The position numbers were made by a program, and so were the translations under genes. Under the pieces are notes generated by a model. That model was not told where the DNA came from and searched no databases. It saw only the letters and a list, made by a program, of their open reading frames with translations. From a virus, in IMG/VR virus record IMGVR_UViG_3300030613_000005: DNA of 43,847 nucleotides. One strand, 5' to 3'. Positions within the stretch are counted from its first letter, which is position 1. Each line of letters opens with the position of its first letter. Of this stretch, positions 31,652 to 41,528 are shown piece after piece.

Positions 31652-33208
31652 ATGCCGCCTCGTAGGAAACAAAAAGATATGGACCTCGCCGAGATGTTTC
31701 GACATCTCGGCGAGAAAGTCCGTATTCAAGCGCGAGAACCAAATGTCTTAGCGTATGTACCTCATGCTAAACAGCTGTTGTTCCATAGTAGTTCCGCCAA
31801 GATTAGACTGTACATCGGTGGTAACCGTAGCGGGAAAACAGTAGGTGGCATTACAGAAGATATCTTTTATATGAAAGGTGAACATCCGTATAAAAGAATC
31901 TTCGAGCCGCCTACTAGAGGACGTATTCTTAGCACCGACTTCACATACGGCATCAACCAGGTAATCATTCCTAAGCTAAGGCAGTGGTTACCTCCCAGCA
32001 TGTTAACTAATGGTAATTGGGATGATAGCTACAGTAATGAATTCAAGTTACTAACACTAGCTAATGGTTCTACAGTAGAGCTAATGACTTATGAGCAAAA
32101 TCCAGATAAGTTCCAAGGTACTAGTCGTCACTGGACACATTATGATGAAGAACCACCACACCCTATTTATAAAGAGTGTCAAGCGCGTTTAATTGATACT
32201 TATGGCGACTGTTGGCTTACTATGACGCCTGTAGAAGGTATGAGTTGGGTCTATGATAGTATCTATTTAAAAGGTACAGAAGAAAAACATCCTAACATCT
32301 TTGTGGTAGTTATTGATATTCATGAGAATCCTTACCTATCTGTTGAAGCTATTGACGCCTATCTGGAGACACTGGACGACGATCCAGAAGAACGAAAAGC
32401 TAGAGAAAAAGGACTATTTGTTCAACTCGGTGGTAAGGTTTACAAGAAGTTTAACCAAGAAGAACATGTAATTCCTGCTCTCGAACCAGCAGAAATTAAA
32501 GCACTACTCAAATTTGACTGGTACAGGTCTATGGACCATGGGTATAATAATCCTACAGCCTGGTATTGGCACGCAGTCAAACCAGATGGTTCGGTGATTA
32601 CGTTTGCAGAGCACTATGCTCGAGAGATGACAGTAGAAGAACACGCTAAAATTGTGTTAGCTATGGACGCTGAATTTGGTAAAGAACCTGAGTTCTGCGT
32701 TGGTGACCCTGCCACACAACAACGACAAGGTGTAACAGGTACTAGTATAGCAGTAGAGTATGCAAAATACGGTATTTACATCGCACCGGGTAATAATGAC
32801 GTCCTAACAGGTGTCGGTAAAGTACAACAGTATCTAAAATATAATCCTAAAACTCTACGGCCTTATTGGCAAATCACAGATAACTGCCCTAATCTAACTA
32901 AAGAGATGGCTAGACTTAGGTGGAAGACTTATTCTAGCAAGAAGGCACAGTCAGAAAATAACCCACAGGAACAGATACATAAGCATAATGACCACGGCTG
33001 TGACGCCACTAGATACTTCTTTGCAAGCCAACCAGATCTAGAAACAACTCTCGACTCCCCTGTAGCGAAGTTGCCAGTCAGCACAGCAGTGCAGTCTTAT
33101 GACCAGTTGTTAGCTAAGATGTATTTAGGTGACGACACCGTTCCTTTTTCTGATGAACAAAAAACACAGTGGGCTTTTAATATCAATCCTATGGAGTGGG
33201 ATTTCTGA
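31652..33208 (+). CDS. terL: Terminase large subunit
   Basis: Walker A GGNRSGKT and Walker B HWTHYDEEP. Nuclease region MDHGYNNP ... HNDHGCDATRYF. 518 aa. Confidence 0.9.
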   Translation: MPPRRKQKDMDLAEMFRHLGEKVRIQAREPNVLAYVPHAKQLLFHSSSAKIRLYIGGNRSGKTVGGITEDIFYMKGEHPYKRIFEPPTRGRILSTDFTYGINQVIIPKLRQWLPPSMLTNGNWDDSYSNEFKLLTLANGSTVELMTYEQNPDKFQGTSRHWTHYDEEPPHPIYKECQARLIDTYGDCWLTMTPVEGMSWVYDSIYLKGTEEKHPNIFVVVIDIHENPYLSVEAIDAYLETLDDDPEERKAREKGLFVQLGGKVYKKFNQEEHVIPALEPAEIKALLKFDWYRSMDHGYNNPTAWYWHAVKPDGSVITFAEHYAREMTVEEHAKIVLAMDAEFGKEPEFCVGDPATQQRQGVTGTSIAVEYAKYGIYIAPGNNDVLTGVGKVQQYLKYNPKTLRPYWQITDNCPNLTKEMARLRWKTYSSKKAQSENNPQEQIHKHNDHGCDATRYFFASQPDLETTLDSPVAKLPVSTAVQSYDQLLAKMYLGDDTVPFSDEQKTQWAFNINPMEWDF

Positions 33209-33426
33209 TGGCAGTATATGAAAAGTATAACAACATTGTAGGTCCTAAGAAAGGCGGACCGTACTTAGATGAACTGGAGCTTTTAGAAGAGGAAAAGGTT
33301 CGTGCTGGTAGAGAAAAGCGTGAACCAAAGTATGATCAGCTGGAAGGTTTTTTCTACCCTTCTAGTAGCCCTGTCTCAGATAATGAGGAAAGTTTAAGTC
33401 TTGATTTTGGTGGTATTAATGAGTGA
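33196..33426 (+). CDS. Hypothetical protein (76 aa)
   Basis: ORF overlapping the terL end by 13 nt. Charged and helical. Confidence 0.6.
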   Translation: MGFLMAVYEKYNNIVGPKKGGPYLDELELLEEEKVRAGREKREPKYDQLEGFFYPSSSPVSDNEESLSLDFGGINE

Positions 33427-33934
33427 AGACGGAGAAAGTCGATATAAGTTCAAGATACTGCCAGCTCCTGCTGCACTTCCCACAAAATGTATTGCATGCG
33501 GGTGTAGCACAAAACCAGTAGTTGATTTTGCATGTGATATTGATTGGTATGGTGCAGTCTATTTTTGTGAGGACTGTATAGTAGAAGCTGCACGGATGTT
33601 TGGTATGGTGTCTACAGAGCAATATAATAAGGTTTTTGATGAGGCACAGCGTCTTAACAGTAACATGAAAGATGCAACTAATACTATTGAAGATGCAGTA
33701 AGGGAAATTAATGAAAGAGTACACCTCCTTAGTGCTGATATCGGTACTGTCCTTGCTGTTCCTTGGCAGCGTGGCACTGATAGTAGTACAGAAGGTACAG
33801 AAGAACAGCCAGCAGTTAGTAAGTCAAGCATTGATGCAACTAGAAAAAACAGTAGGACTGCTAGCAGCAAAGGGTCCGTTGGAGTACCAGATGATACAGT
33901 CAATGAACCAGAACTCAGCTTTGGATTCAATTGA
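33419..33934 (+). CDS. Hypothetical protein with N-terminal zinc-ribbon-like motif (171 aa)
   Basis: ATG 33419 overlaps the upstream stop. Contains CIACGCS...FCEDC. Confidence 0.65.
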   Translation: MSEDGESRYKFKILPAPAALPTKCIACGCSTKPVVDFACDIDWYGAVYFCEDCIVEAARMFGMVSTEQYNKVFDEAQRLNSNMKDATNTIEDAVREINERVHLLSADIGTVLAVPWQRGTDSSTEGTEEQPAVSKSSIDATRKNSRTASSKGSVGVPDDTVNEPELSFGFN

Positions 33935-33935
33935 C

Positions 33936-33960
33936 CCCCAAGATCCATCGGATCTTGGGG
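33936..33960 (+). other. Perfect 11-bp stem-loop just upstream of the portal gene
   Basis: CCCCAAGATCC-atc-GGATCTTGGGG begins 2 nt after the stop at 33934. No U-run follows. Confidence 0.7.
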
Positions 33961-33993
33961 AGTATGAACAGATGATTAATGAGGGGAGGTTAG

Positions 33994-36111
33994 ATGAGTC
34001 CGAAGCAGCGGCTCTCGAACAGCTTGGCATCCCTCCTGAGTGGACAAGCCACCTCTAATGATCCTGGAGAGTCTTTACTAGGTAAGATACAAGAAGGTAA
34101 GGAAGCTACTCAATTAGCTGCATGGGTTAAATCATCGTATACTGATGCTAAGAGTACACGCTCTCGTACAGAGCTTTCTTGGAGCATGAACTTAGCTTTC
34201 TTCTATGGCAAACAGTGGTTAGAAGTAACTGCTATCAGTGGAGGAAAACTAATCCAACCTAAAGCACCGCCTTACCGTGTGCGACAGACTATTAACAGGA
34301 TTCGTCCTGCTATTAGGACAGAGATTTCACGTTTAATTTCTCAAAAGCCTACTGCTAGTATTATTCCTTCATCTAGCGATGATGAGGATTTAGCAGCAGC
34401 ATATGCAGGTGAACAGCTATGGGAAGCAATTTCCCAGAAAAAGAAATATCAACGAGAGCTTCGTCTAACTGCGTTCTGGACCCTTATTTGTGGTACAGGA
34501 TTCATGAAAACTTGGTGGGACGCTTCTACTACAGATGAAGGCGGTAACCAGGGAGACATAAAATTTGAGTGCGTAACCCCTTATCATCTGTACGTCCCTG
34601 ATCTTCGCATCACTGATATCCAGGAACAGCCGTACTTAATCAATGTCTATACACGTACTGTAGCGCAGCTGCAACAAATGTATGGTTCTAGAGGCATAGA
34701 TATCAGTAAAATGGGTATTAACTCTAATGTAGTAGCGTCACAAGAGATTTTAAGTGATTCAATCTTAAACTTATCTGGTTCGTCTAAAACTGAACCAGAT
34801 AGCGTGCTGTGCTATGAGCTGTGGGCTAAGCCAGGTGCTCACAAGTTGTTACCTAAAGGTGGAATGGTACAAGTAGCAGGGGATAAAGTTACTTACTGGT
34901 CACGCGAAGGTATTCCCTATTCGCATGGTAGGTATCCTTTTGCTAAGCTAGAACACATGCCTACTGGTAAGTTTTATACAGAGTCTACAATTTTAGACTT
35001 AATTGGTCCTCAAAGAGAATACAATAGGCTTCGTAGTTTCTTGATTGAAAATCGTAATAGGTCAGCTAAACAGCAATTAGTAGCCGCTAAAGGTTCTGTA
35101 GAGCCAAATAAGATTACCACAGAGCCTGGTCAAGTTATTTTCTATAAACCTGGTATGCCTCCACCTGTGCCACTACAGGTGCAGAATATGCCTCCATATG
35201 TTATGGAGGAACAGAATCGTATTCTATTAGATATTGAGGATATTTCCGGTCAGCATCAAGTATCTAAAGGTAGTGCTCCTCCTGGTGTCACGGCTGCAAC
35301 TGCAATTTCATTCTTGCAAGAAAAAGATGATAGCCTCATGGCTACTACTTATGCAAGCATGGAAGAGTTTTGTGAGGAAATAGCCCAACAGACACTAGAG
35401 CTAGTTAAACAGTATTGGGATAGCACCCGTACAGTAAAAACTGCTGGGGAAGATGGTAGTTTCGACGTACTACAGCTGCTAGGTTCTAGTATCGATACAG
35501 ATATACGCATGGAAGGCGGCTCTGCTTTACCAACTAGTAAAGCAGCACGTCAAGCTTTCCTTATGGATATGATGAAAATGGGCTTTATTTCTCCACAAGA
35601 GGGATTAAAGCTTATGGACATGGGTGGAGTTCAAAAACTCTATAAGACCCTTAAGGTAGATGAGTCTCAAGCACAGCGTGAAAACATTAAGCTAAAGACA
35701 GTAAAAGAAGAAGATATCCAACAGCATATGATGCAGTTCCAATCTCTTGCCATGTCAGGAGACCCTGCTACGCTAGATGCAGAAACACAGATGCCTATGG
35801 AGCCTCCGGCTATAGTTCCGGTTAATAGCTGGGATAACCATATGGTGCACATCACAGTACACAATAACTTCCGTAAGACACAGGCTTTTGAAATGCTTCC
35901 AGATGTAATTAAAACTGAATTTGAAAAGCATGTAAATGACCATGTAATGGCACAAAATGACGCTATGATGCAGATTCAACAAGCAACAGGACAGGACCCC
36001 TCAGCTTTAATGGGCGGTCCAGGTGGTAGTCCAAGTGGAGAACCACCTATGCCAACCACAACTCCAGACAATGCCGGAATTGCTCCGCCAGAGATGATGG
36101 GAATGGGATAA
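33994..36111 (+). CDS. Portal protein
   Basis: 705 aa, preceded by the RBS GGGGAGG. Lies downstream of terL and upstream of scaffold and capsid. Gly/Pro-rich C-terminal tail. Confidence 0.8.
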   Translation: MSPKQRLSNSLASLLSGQATSNDPGESLLGKIQEGKEATQLAAWVKSSYTDAKSTRSRTELSWSMNLAFFYGKQWLEVTAISGGKLIQPKAPPYRVRQTINRIRPAIRTEISRLISQKPTASIIPSSSDDEDLAAAYAGEQLWEAISQKKKYQRELRLTAFWTLICGTGFMKTWWDASTTDEGGNQGDIKFECVTPYHLYVPDLRITDIQEQPYLINVYTRTVAQLQQMYGSRGIDISKMGINSNVVASQEILSDSILNLSGSSKTEPDSVLCYELWAKPGAHKLLPKGGMVQVAGDKVTYWSREGIPYSHGRYPFAKLEHMPTGKFYTESTILDLIGPQREYNRLRSFLIENRNRSAKQQLVAAKGSVEPNKITTEPGQVIFYKPGMPPPVPLQVQNMPPYVMEEQNRILLDIEDISGQHQVSKGSAPPGVTAATAISFLQEKDDSLMATTYASMEEFCEEIAQQTLELVKQYWDSTRTVKTAGEDGSFDVLQLLGSSIDTDIRMEGGSALPTSKAARQAFLMDMMKMGFISPQEGLKLMDMGGVQKLYKTLKVDESQAQRENIKLKTVKEEDIQQHMMQFQSLAMSGDPATLDAETQMPMEPPAIVPVNSWDNHMVHITVHNNFRKTQAFEMLPDVIKTEFEKHVNDHVMAQNDAMMQIQQATGQDPSALMGGPGGSPSGEPPMPTTTPDNAGIAPPEMMGMG

Positions 36112-36347
36112 TGGCGCTAGCGCATGCGGACTTATGCCAGACATTCGGATTTACTGACAAACGCCTAGCTAGAGGTACCGCAGAACCTGGTCTTTCTTCT
36201 GAGACTACTTATAGCACTGAGACTAACTTAGACACTGCTCTCGCTACAGCAGATGCTGGGTATTTTACTGCTACTAGGTTAGCTCAAATGACTCGCAACG
36301 ACAAAGTGTATGCACTTCGTTTAGCTAATGACCCAACAGGTATTTAA
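36111..36347 (+). CDS. Hypothetical protein (78 aa)
   Basis: ATAATG overlap with the portal stop. Confidence 0.6.
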   Translation: MALAHADLCQTFGFTDKRLARGTAEPGLSSETTYSTETNLDTALATADAGYFTATRLAQMTRNDKVYALRLANDPTGI

Positions 36348-36355
36348 GCAAGTGC

Positions 36356-36383
36356 TTGACTGTGCTATAGAGTAATGTATTCT
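36356..36383 (+). promoter_or_regulatory. Possible promoter TTGACT-N16-TATTCT upstream of scaffold and capsid
   Basis: Lies in the 85-nt gap before the scaffold gene. The unit is closed by the terminator at 38601. Confidence 0.35.
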
Positions 36384-36432
36384 TTAATTAGCGCACCAGG
36401 GCCGCATAGGTACAGTGCAAAAAGGAGCAGCA

Positions 36433-37368
36433 GTGCCTCCAGAAGATGAAGTTGATCCAGTAGCTGCTTTTACTAGTGCTCTTAGTGGAGTAGAAGAAGA
36501 GCCTTCTGTAGTAGAGGAAGCCACTCCCCCGGTAGCTACTCCCCCAGTAGAGTCAACTGGACAGTCTGGCGGGCATCCTGCTTGGCAGGATATATATAAT
36601 GCTATCCCTGAGTCCCTTCGAGAGAACGTTAAACCAACTCTTGAGGCATGGGACAAAGGTGTTCAGGCTAAGTTAGAACAGGTACACTCGCAGTATGCGC
36701 CGTACAAGTCTTTTGCTGAGCAGAATATAGACGCTCAGCAACTTGAGGCAGGGTTGCAACTGTATGGAGCACTTAATAACGACCCTAGAGGATTTTTTGC
36801 ATACCTTCAGGAGTTTTTAGGTGAGAAACCTCCACAGAACCAGCAGCCTGTTAGCGGGCAGGGCCAAAGTAGTAATACTGTTGACCTAGGAGAGTTTGGG
36901 GAGTCTCCGCAAGGAGAAACTGATCCTAGAATTGCACAGCAGTTGAGTGCACTACAGGCTCAGCAGCTACAAATGCAACAGTTTATTCAGGCGCAGCAAC
37001 AGGCGAAAGCAGAACAAGAGTCTGCTCAATGGCTGACTAGCGAACAAGCCAGACTAACTGCTGATGTTAAGCAGCGACGTGGTATTGACATGGCCCCAGA
37101 AGACTGGAATTATGTGCTAGGAGTAGCAGCCGCACATAATAATATGAATCCTAGAGGGAATCCAGCAGAGTCTTTAAATGTAGCCATGAAACAATTTGAA
37201 GCACAATTGGATCGTTTTACTAGTCGACCTACAGCTAACTCAACTGCTCCGCCTGTTTTTGCCTCAAGTGGAGGCACACCTTCCACTGCTTTTGACCCTA
37301 GTAAGCTAACAGATCTGGAACGTCGAAAATTAGCGGTCCAGATGCTGAATCAGCAACTTAAGGACTGA
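36433..37368 (+). CDS. Scaffolding protein (probable)
   Basis: GTG 36433 lies 5 nt after AAAGGAG (alternative GTG at 36415). Q/A/E-rich and helical. Positioned directly before the capsid gene. Confidence 0.6.
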   Translation: MPPEDEVDPVAAFTSALSGVEEEPSVVEEATPPVATPPVESTGQSGGHPAWQDIYNAIPESLRENVKPTLEAWDKGVQAKLEQVHSQYAPYKSFAEQNIDAQQLEAGLQLYGALNNDPRGFFAYLQEFLGEKPPQNQQPVSGQGQSSNTVDLGEFGESPQGETDPRIAQQLSALQAQQLQMQQFIQAQQQAKAEQESAQWLTSEQARLTADVKQRRGIDMAPEDWNYVLGVAAAHNNMNPRGNPAESLNVAMKQFEAQLDRFTSRPTANSTAPPVFASSGGTPSTAFDPSKLTDLERRKLAVQMLNQQLKD

Positions 37369-37370
37369 TA

Positions 37371-38579
37371 ATGGGCGCAACCCTTACTACTATTAGTGCA
37401 GTAGCTAAAGAGCTGTATGAAGGCAGTCTTAACAAGCAGCTCAATGACGAAACAGTCACCTTAAAGCGTGTTGAGCGCTCTTCTGAGGGTGTTAGTTCTC
37501 AGGTTGGCGCAAAATATGTTAACTTCCCTATCCACACCCGTCGTAATGCTGGTGTTGGTGCACGTCGAGAAATGGAAGCACTACCGACCGCAGGTAATCA
37601 GTCAACTGCTGGATGCCAGGTTGGGTTACGCTATCTTTACGGTTCAATCCGTATGTCTGGCCAGACACTTAAATTAGCTAAAACTAATACGCAGGCGTTC
37701 ATTTCTGCGTTAGAACTTGAAATGAACGGTATGAAGTCTGACCTAGCAGTTGACTTCAACCGTCAGATTTACGGTAATGGTACTGGCGCACTTTGTATAG
37801 CTACTACTGCCGTAGGTGGTGGTGGCGGAAACACTGTTACTTGTGCCGCTGGGACACAGTGGGTCCAGTTAGGCATGAAGGTTGATTTATACGACGCTAC
37901 AGGTGCGACTGCAACCTGGACTAACCGTACAGTAACTACTATTACGGACACCGTCGTTACTATTGATGGCGCAGCATTCGTAGTAGTTCTTGGTGACTTC
38001 TTAGTTCGCACAGGCTCTGTTGGTGAAACAGATGGTGATCCTCAACGCGAACTAACTGGTCTTGGCAAGATGGTTGCTTCCAGCGGTGCGTTGTACGGTG
38101 TAACAGACTCGGTATGGACTTCTGTTATTGACACTAACTCTGGCACTAACAGGGCTCTTTCTGAGGGCCTCATGATTAAAATGGCTGACGATATCCGTAA
38201 ACGTGGTGGGAAAACTACTGCTATTTTCTCTAACCTCGGCGTACGTAGAAGCTACTTCAACTTACTCGTACAGCAACGACGAGTTACTAACACTCAGAAG
38301 TTTGAAGGTGGGTTTAGCGGTTTAGCCTTCTCTACCGACGATGGGGATGTTCCAGTTGTAGTAGACACTCAGGCGAAGTTAAACAGCCAGTATTTTCTCA
38401 ATGAAAAAGAAATTAAGCTTTTCCAGGAATCCGATTGGTCTTTCATGGATCACGACGGTTCTATGTGGGATCGCGTCACGGGATATGATGCCTATGACGC
38501 TACTCTCGTTAAGTATGCAGAAATTGCTACTCATCGTCGTAATTCACAAGGTGAGATTCAGGATATTACTGAGGGTTAA
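37371..38579 (+). CDS. Major capsid protein (HK97-fold class)
   Basis: 402 aa. Follows the scaffold gene and is followed by a strong terminator. Size and position are typical. The fold is inferred, not shown. Confidence 0.8.
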   Translation: MGATLTTISAVAKELYEGSLNKQLNDETVTLKRVERSSEGVSSQVGAKYVNFPIHTRRNAGVGARREMEALPTAGNQSTAGCQVGLRYLYGSIRMSGQTLKLAKTNTQAFISALELEMNGMKSDLAVDFNRQIYGNGTGALCIATTAVGGGGGNTVTCAAGTQWVQLGMKVDLYDATGATATWTNRTVTTITDTVVTIDGAAFVVVLGDFLVRTGSVGETDGDPQRELTGLGKMVASSGALYGVTDSVWTSVIDTNSGTNRALSEGLMIKMADDIRKRGGKTTAIFSNLGVRRSYFNLLVQQRRVTNTQKFEGGFSGLAFSTDDGDVPVVVDTQAKLNSQYFLNEKEIKLFQESDWSFMDHDGSMWDRVTGYDAYDATLVKYAEIATHRRNSQGEIQDITEG

Positions 38580-38600
38580 TAACCAAAGCAGTAAACCCCT

Positions 38601-38644
38601 AATGAGGGCCGGGTCTTTTGGCCCGGCCCTCATTGTGTTTTATT
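38601..38644 (+). terminator. Rho-independent terminator after the capsid gene
   Basis: 13-bp stem AATGAGGGCCGGG/CCCGGCCCTCATT, loop tcttttgg, then GTGTTTTATT. Confidence 0.85.
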
Positions 38645-38662
38645 AAACGTGGAGAGAGTAAA

Positions 38663-39127
38663 ATGGCCAAGGCCGGTTACAACGTAATGACGCAAGCTTC
38701 TGTGGCTCTTGTTGCATCTACAGCCAAGACAGTTTTAGCTGCTACTTCTCCTGCTACACATGGACTAGACCTTAAGAAACTTAGGATAGCTTTTGACAGT
38801 GTTACTTACAGTGCTGCACCTGTTCTATTAGAAATAATTACAGGAGATTTAGGTGCAGCTGGCACAAGTACGGCGTGCACAGTAAGGCAAGTATACGGGC
38901 GCTCTATCCTATCTACTTCATTTACTGCTACGTACGGGTACACTGTAGAACCTACTACTCTTACAGTAGTAGATACTACCCTTATCACTCCTGTGGGTGG
39001 CACTTTCTGGTATGACTATCCTCTAGGTGACACTCCTGATATTGGAGTATCTTCCCTCATCGGCTTACGCCTTACAGCGCCAGCTGGTGTTAACTGTCGT
39101 GCAGCTATGGCGCTAGAGCGGTGCTAA
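38663..39127 (+). CDS. Hypothetical structural protein (154 aa)
   Basis: ATG 38663 follows GGAGAGAG. The track start at 38618 lies inside the terminator. Confidence 0.65.
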   Translation: MAKAGYNVMTQASVALVASTAKTVLAATSPATHGLDLKKLRIAFDSVTYSAAPVLLEIITGDLGAAGTSTACTVRQVYGRSILSTSFTATYGYTVEPTTLTVVDTTLITPVGGTFWYDYPLGDTPDIGVSSLIGLRLTAPAGVNCRAAMALERC

Positions 39128-39128
39128 T

Positions 39129-40052
39129 ATGCTATTATCTAGACTTGGAGTAGCGCCTACTACCCCCGGAGCCTCAGGGGGTAGGGATAACTTAGTAGCA
39201 GGCACTTATAGACCAGGTGCTACAACTACAGGGTATTTAACAGGAACTAGTTTTACAGTAGTAAGTGGAAATGTAACGCACTCTACACCAAGCACTGTGT
39301 ATAGGAATACTAAATTTGAAGGTAAAGTAACTAGAGCAGCTAGCAACTGTTCGTATCTTAACTGCTGGTTTGCTGGAGAAGCTTCTCCAGTAGCCTCTAG
39401 CCCTCTAGTAAACTGTGACAATGATTATACTGGTACTTATTTTGAAGACTGTACTTTCCAGCCAGGCACACCTAATGTGTATCATTCCTATGGTGTTGTG
39501 GGCGAGGGTTTTACAGCCAAAAGATGTTACTTTAGATACGCTATAGATGGAGTAAGAATACGTAACCTCAACGGCGCTGTAGCGAGTGTTACAATTGAAC
39601 AGTCTTTTATTGATGAATTAGCTTGGTGGGCTTCTGATCCAGATCAAGTAGATGGTAGCCACAATGATGGTATTCAGATGGAAGGTGGATCAGGTATTGT
39701 AATTAGGTACAACTATATTAGAGGATACAGTTGTCAAACTCCTGGTATTGGTGACCAACCAACAGGTAGAAACCCAAGTCAACCGCAAGCTCTTTCTGCG
39801 CTGATGTACACAAATAACGTCAATGCTATTAATGCTCAGGTCTATAGTAATTGGCTTGCTGGTGGCGAAATCACTATAAATGCCACAAAAGATTCTTTAT
39901 CTGGAACAGATATTGGTTCCATTAGTGATAATACTTTTGAGGCTAATTCGTACTACTCAGGACATTCTTTAGACGTTCAGTCAGGAATGACGTATTCCCA
40001 GACTAATAATAGGTATGAGTCTGGAACCCTAATCACAGTGCATTCGGGGTGA
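39129..40052 (+). CDS. Right-handed beta-helix (pectate-lyase-fold-like) protein, possible tailspike/depolymerase
   Basis: Repetitive N/G/I-rich turns. DGSHNDGIQMEGGSGIVIRYNYIRG and NCWFAG are typical of parallel beta-helix repeats. Confidence 0.55.
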   Translation: MLLSRLGVAPTTPGASGGRDNLVAGTYRPGATTTGYLTGTSFTVVSGNVTHSTPSTVYRNTKFEGKVTRAASNCSYLNCWFAGEASPVASSPLVNCDNDYTGTYFEDCTFQPGTPNVYHSYGVVGEGFTAKRCYFRYAIDGVRIRNLNGAVASVTIEQSFIDELAWWASDPDQVDGSHNDGIQMEGGSGIVIRYNYIRGYSCQTPGIGDQPTGRNPSQPQALSALMYTNNVNAINAQVYSNWLAGGEITINATKDSLSGTDIGSISDNTFEANSYYSGHSLDVQSGMTYSQTNNRYESGTLITVHSG

Positions 40053-40059
40053 TGACTAA

Positions 40060-40812
40060 ATGTCTGTTTCTGTGTTAGCGCAAGGAAGTGTAGACGGAGG
40101 AAGTTCTTCTGTCCCAAGCCTAACTATGACTTTGCCTGCTTCTCTCGCAGATGGAGATGTGCTTTTAACTCTAATTACTGCTGAAAGAGCTACCAGCACT
40201 CCTAGTGCGCCAACTGGATTAAGTAATGCAAGCACCACACTAAGCAATACAGCAAACACCACTATGGCATGGTATGCAGGGTACACAGTGCTCGGCACAG
40301 AAGACTCTAGTACAGATATTACTTCCACTATGTCAGGCGGCTTAAGCCGCCGTATGGCAGGCGGTTTTATTGTACTTAGAGGATGTGATTTAGCTACAAT
40401 TGTAACAGCTGTTGGGTCATATACTGAAAATGGTACAGGTGTTGTTACTGCTACTACAGGAAGTGTGACACCAACAGTAAATGATAGCATGATGGTAGCA
40501 TTAATGGCTTCATGCTCTAACGTATCCCCCTATGCTCGTACTCAGTCAGTAAATGCACCATATAGTCAACAATTTTTTGACATCTCTACAGCCGCTGCTT
40601 CTACTAATGCAATAGTTCATGGAGCTTCACAACTGCTAAGTGGCCAATCAGGTGTACTAACAGCAGGGGCTACATTTAATGATACTACTGCACCAACCCC
40701 AACTAAGTTTGCTTGGATAGGTTTTACAGTAGCTATAGGTCCTTCTTCTTTCTGGTTCCCTGGAGTACCTTTGGTTACACCAGAACAAGCTCCAATGAGA
40801 GCAGTGTGGTGA
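40060..40812 (+). CDS. Hypothetical Ser/Thr/Ala-rich structural protein (250 aa)
   Basis: ORF in the structural operon. Confidence 0.7.
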   Translation: MSVSVLAQGSVDGGSSSVPSLTMTLPASLADGDVLLTLITAERATSTPSAPTGLSNASTTLSNTANTTMAWYAGYTVLGTEDSSTDITSTMSGGLSRRMAGGFIVLRGCDLATIVTAVGSYTENGTGVVTATTGSVTPTVNDSMMVALMASCSNVSPYARTQSVNAPYSQQFFDISTAAASTNAIVHGASQLLSGQSGVLTAGATFNDTTAPTPTKFAWIGFTVAIGPSSFWFPGVPLVTPEQAPMRAVW

Positions 40813-40813
40813 T

Positions 40814-41095
40814 ATGGCAGCAAGATTAGGTAGACGGCAGCCCACTAACATTTATAGGGCCTCCCCTGTAGCGGATTTAAGCACTATTCTAGCAGAAGTA
40901 ACTATTCCTTATCCACATACTACTGTAACAGACAAAATAGTGTATGAACTTGACCAAGATGGGTATGTTACTGGAACAATATCAGATAGGGAATACGCAA
41001 GATTACTAATTCAAACAGGAGCGCCTAGCGAAGGCCACACTATGATGGACCTGTACAGGCTTGCTGGAGAGGAGCCTAGGATTTATGGATACTAG
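40814..41095 (+). CDS. Hypothetical protein (93 aa)
   Basis: ORF starting 2 nt after the upstream stop. Confidence 0.6.
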   Translation: MAARLGRRQPTNIYRASPVADLSTILAEVTIPYPHTTVTDKIVYELDQDGYVTGTISDREYARLLIQTGAPSEGHTMMDLYRLAGEEPRIYGY

Positions 41096-41519
41096 AAATG
41101 CGTACTTGTTAGATTCTCAGTCTGGGCATTTTGTGTCAGGAGAACATCAACGAATCGCAGAGATTATTAACGACTATGACTCAGAGATGACGTTAGTTTG
41201 GATACCTCCTGAAAATCGTAACCTGAATGAAGAGTTTCCATTTGCTATTATGCACACTATGCCAGATGGCCATACATATGTTGTACGTAAAGTACGAGAA
41301 CGAGAAGTTAATGAGGAGCTTGTTGCTTGGCTATGGACTAATGACTTAGCGAAGCAAGGTGTTACTAAGATTAGTCTATATCTAGAATCCCTAGAAAATG
41401 CTAAAAAAGCAGTTAAATTGAAACGCGAGATAGAAGAGGCCAAACAACGTAAAGATTTCTGGACATCTGTACTAGAAGGGCCGAACTATTATAGGCACAA
41501 TGGAAAAACTTTAAGTTAG
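41085..41519 (+). CDS. Hypothetical protein (144 aa)
   Basis: ATG 41085 lies downstream of GGAGAGGAG and overlaps the upstream gene by 11 nt. Confidence 0.6.
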   Translation: MDTRNAYLLDSQSGHFVSGEHQRIAEIINDYDSEMTLVWIPPENRNLNEEFPFAIMHTMPDGHTYVVRKVREREVNEELVAWLWTNDLAKQGVTKISLYLESLENAKKAVKLKREIEEAKQRKDFWTSVLEGPNYYRHNGKTLS

Positions 41520-41528
41520 GAAATTTGG

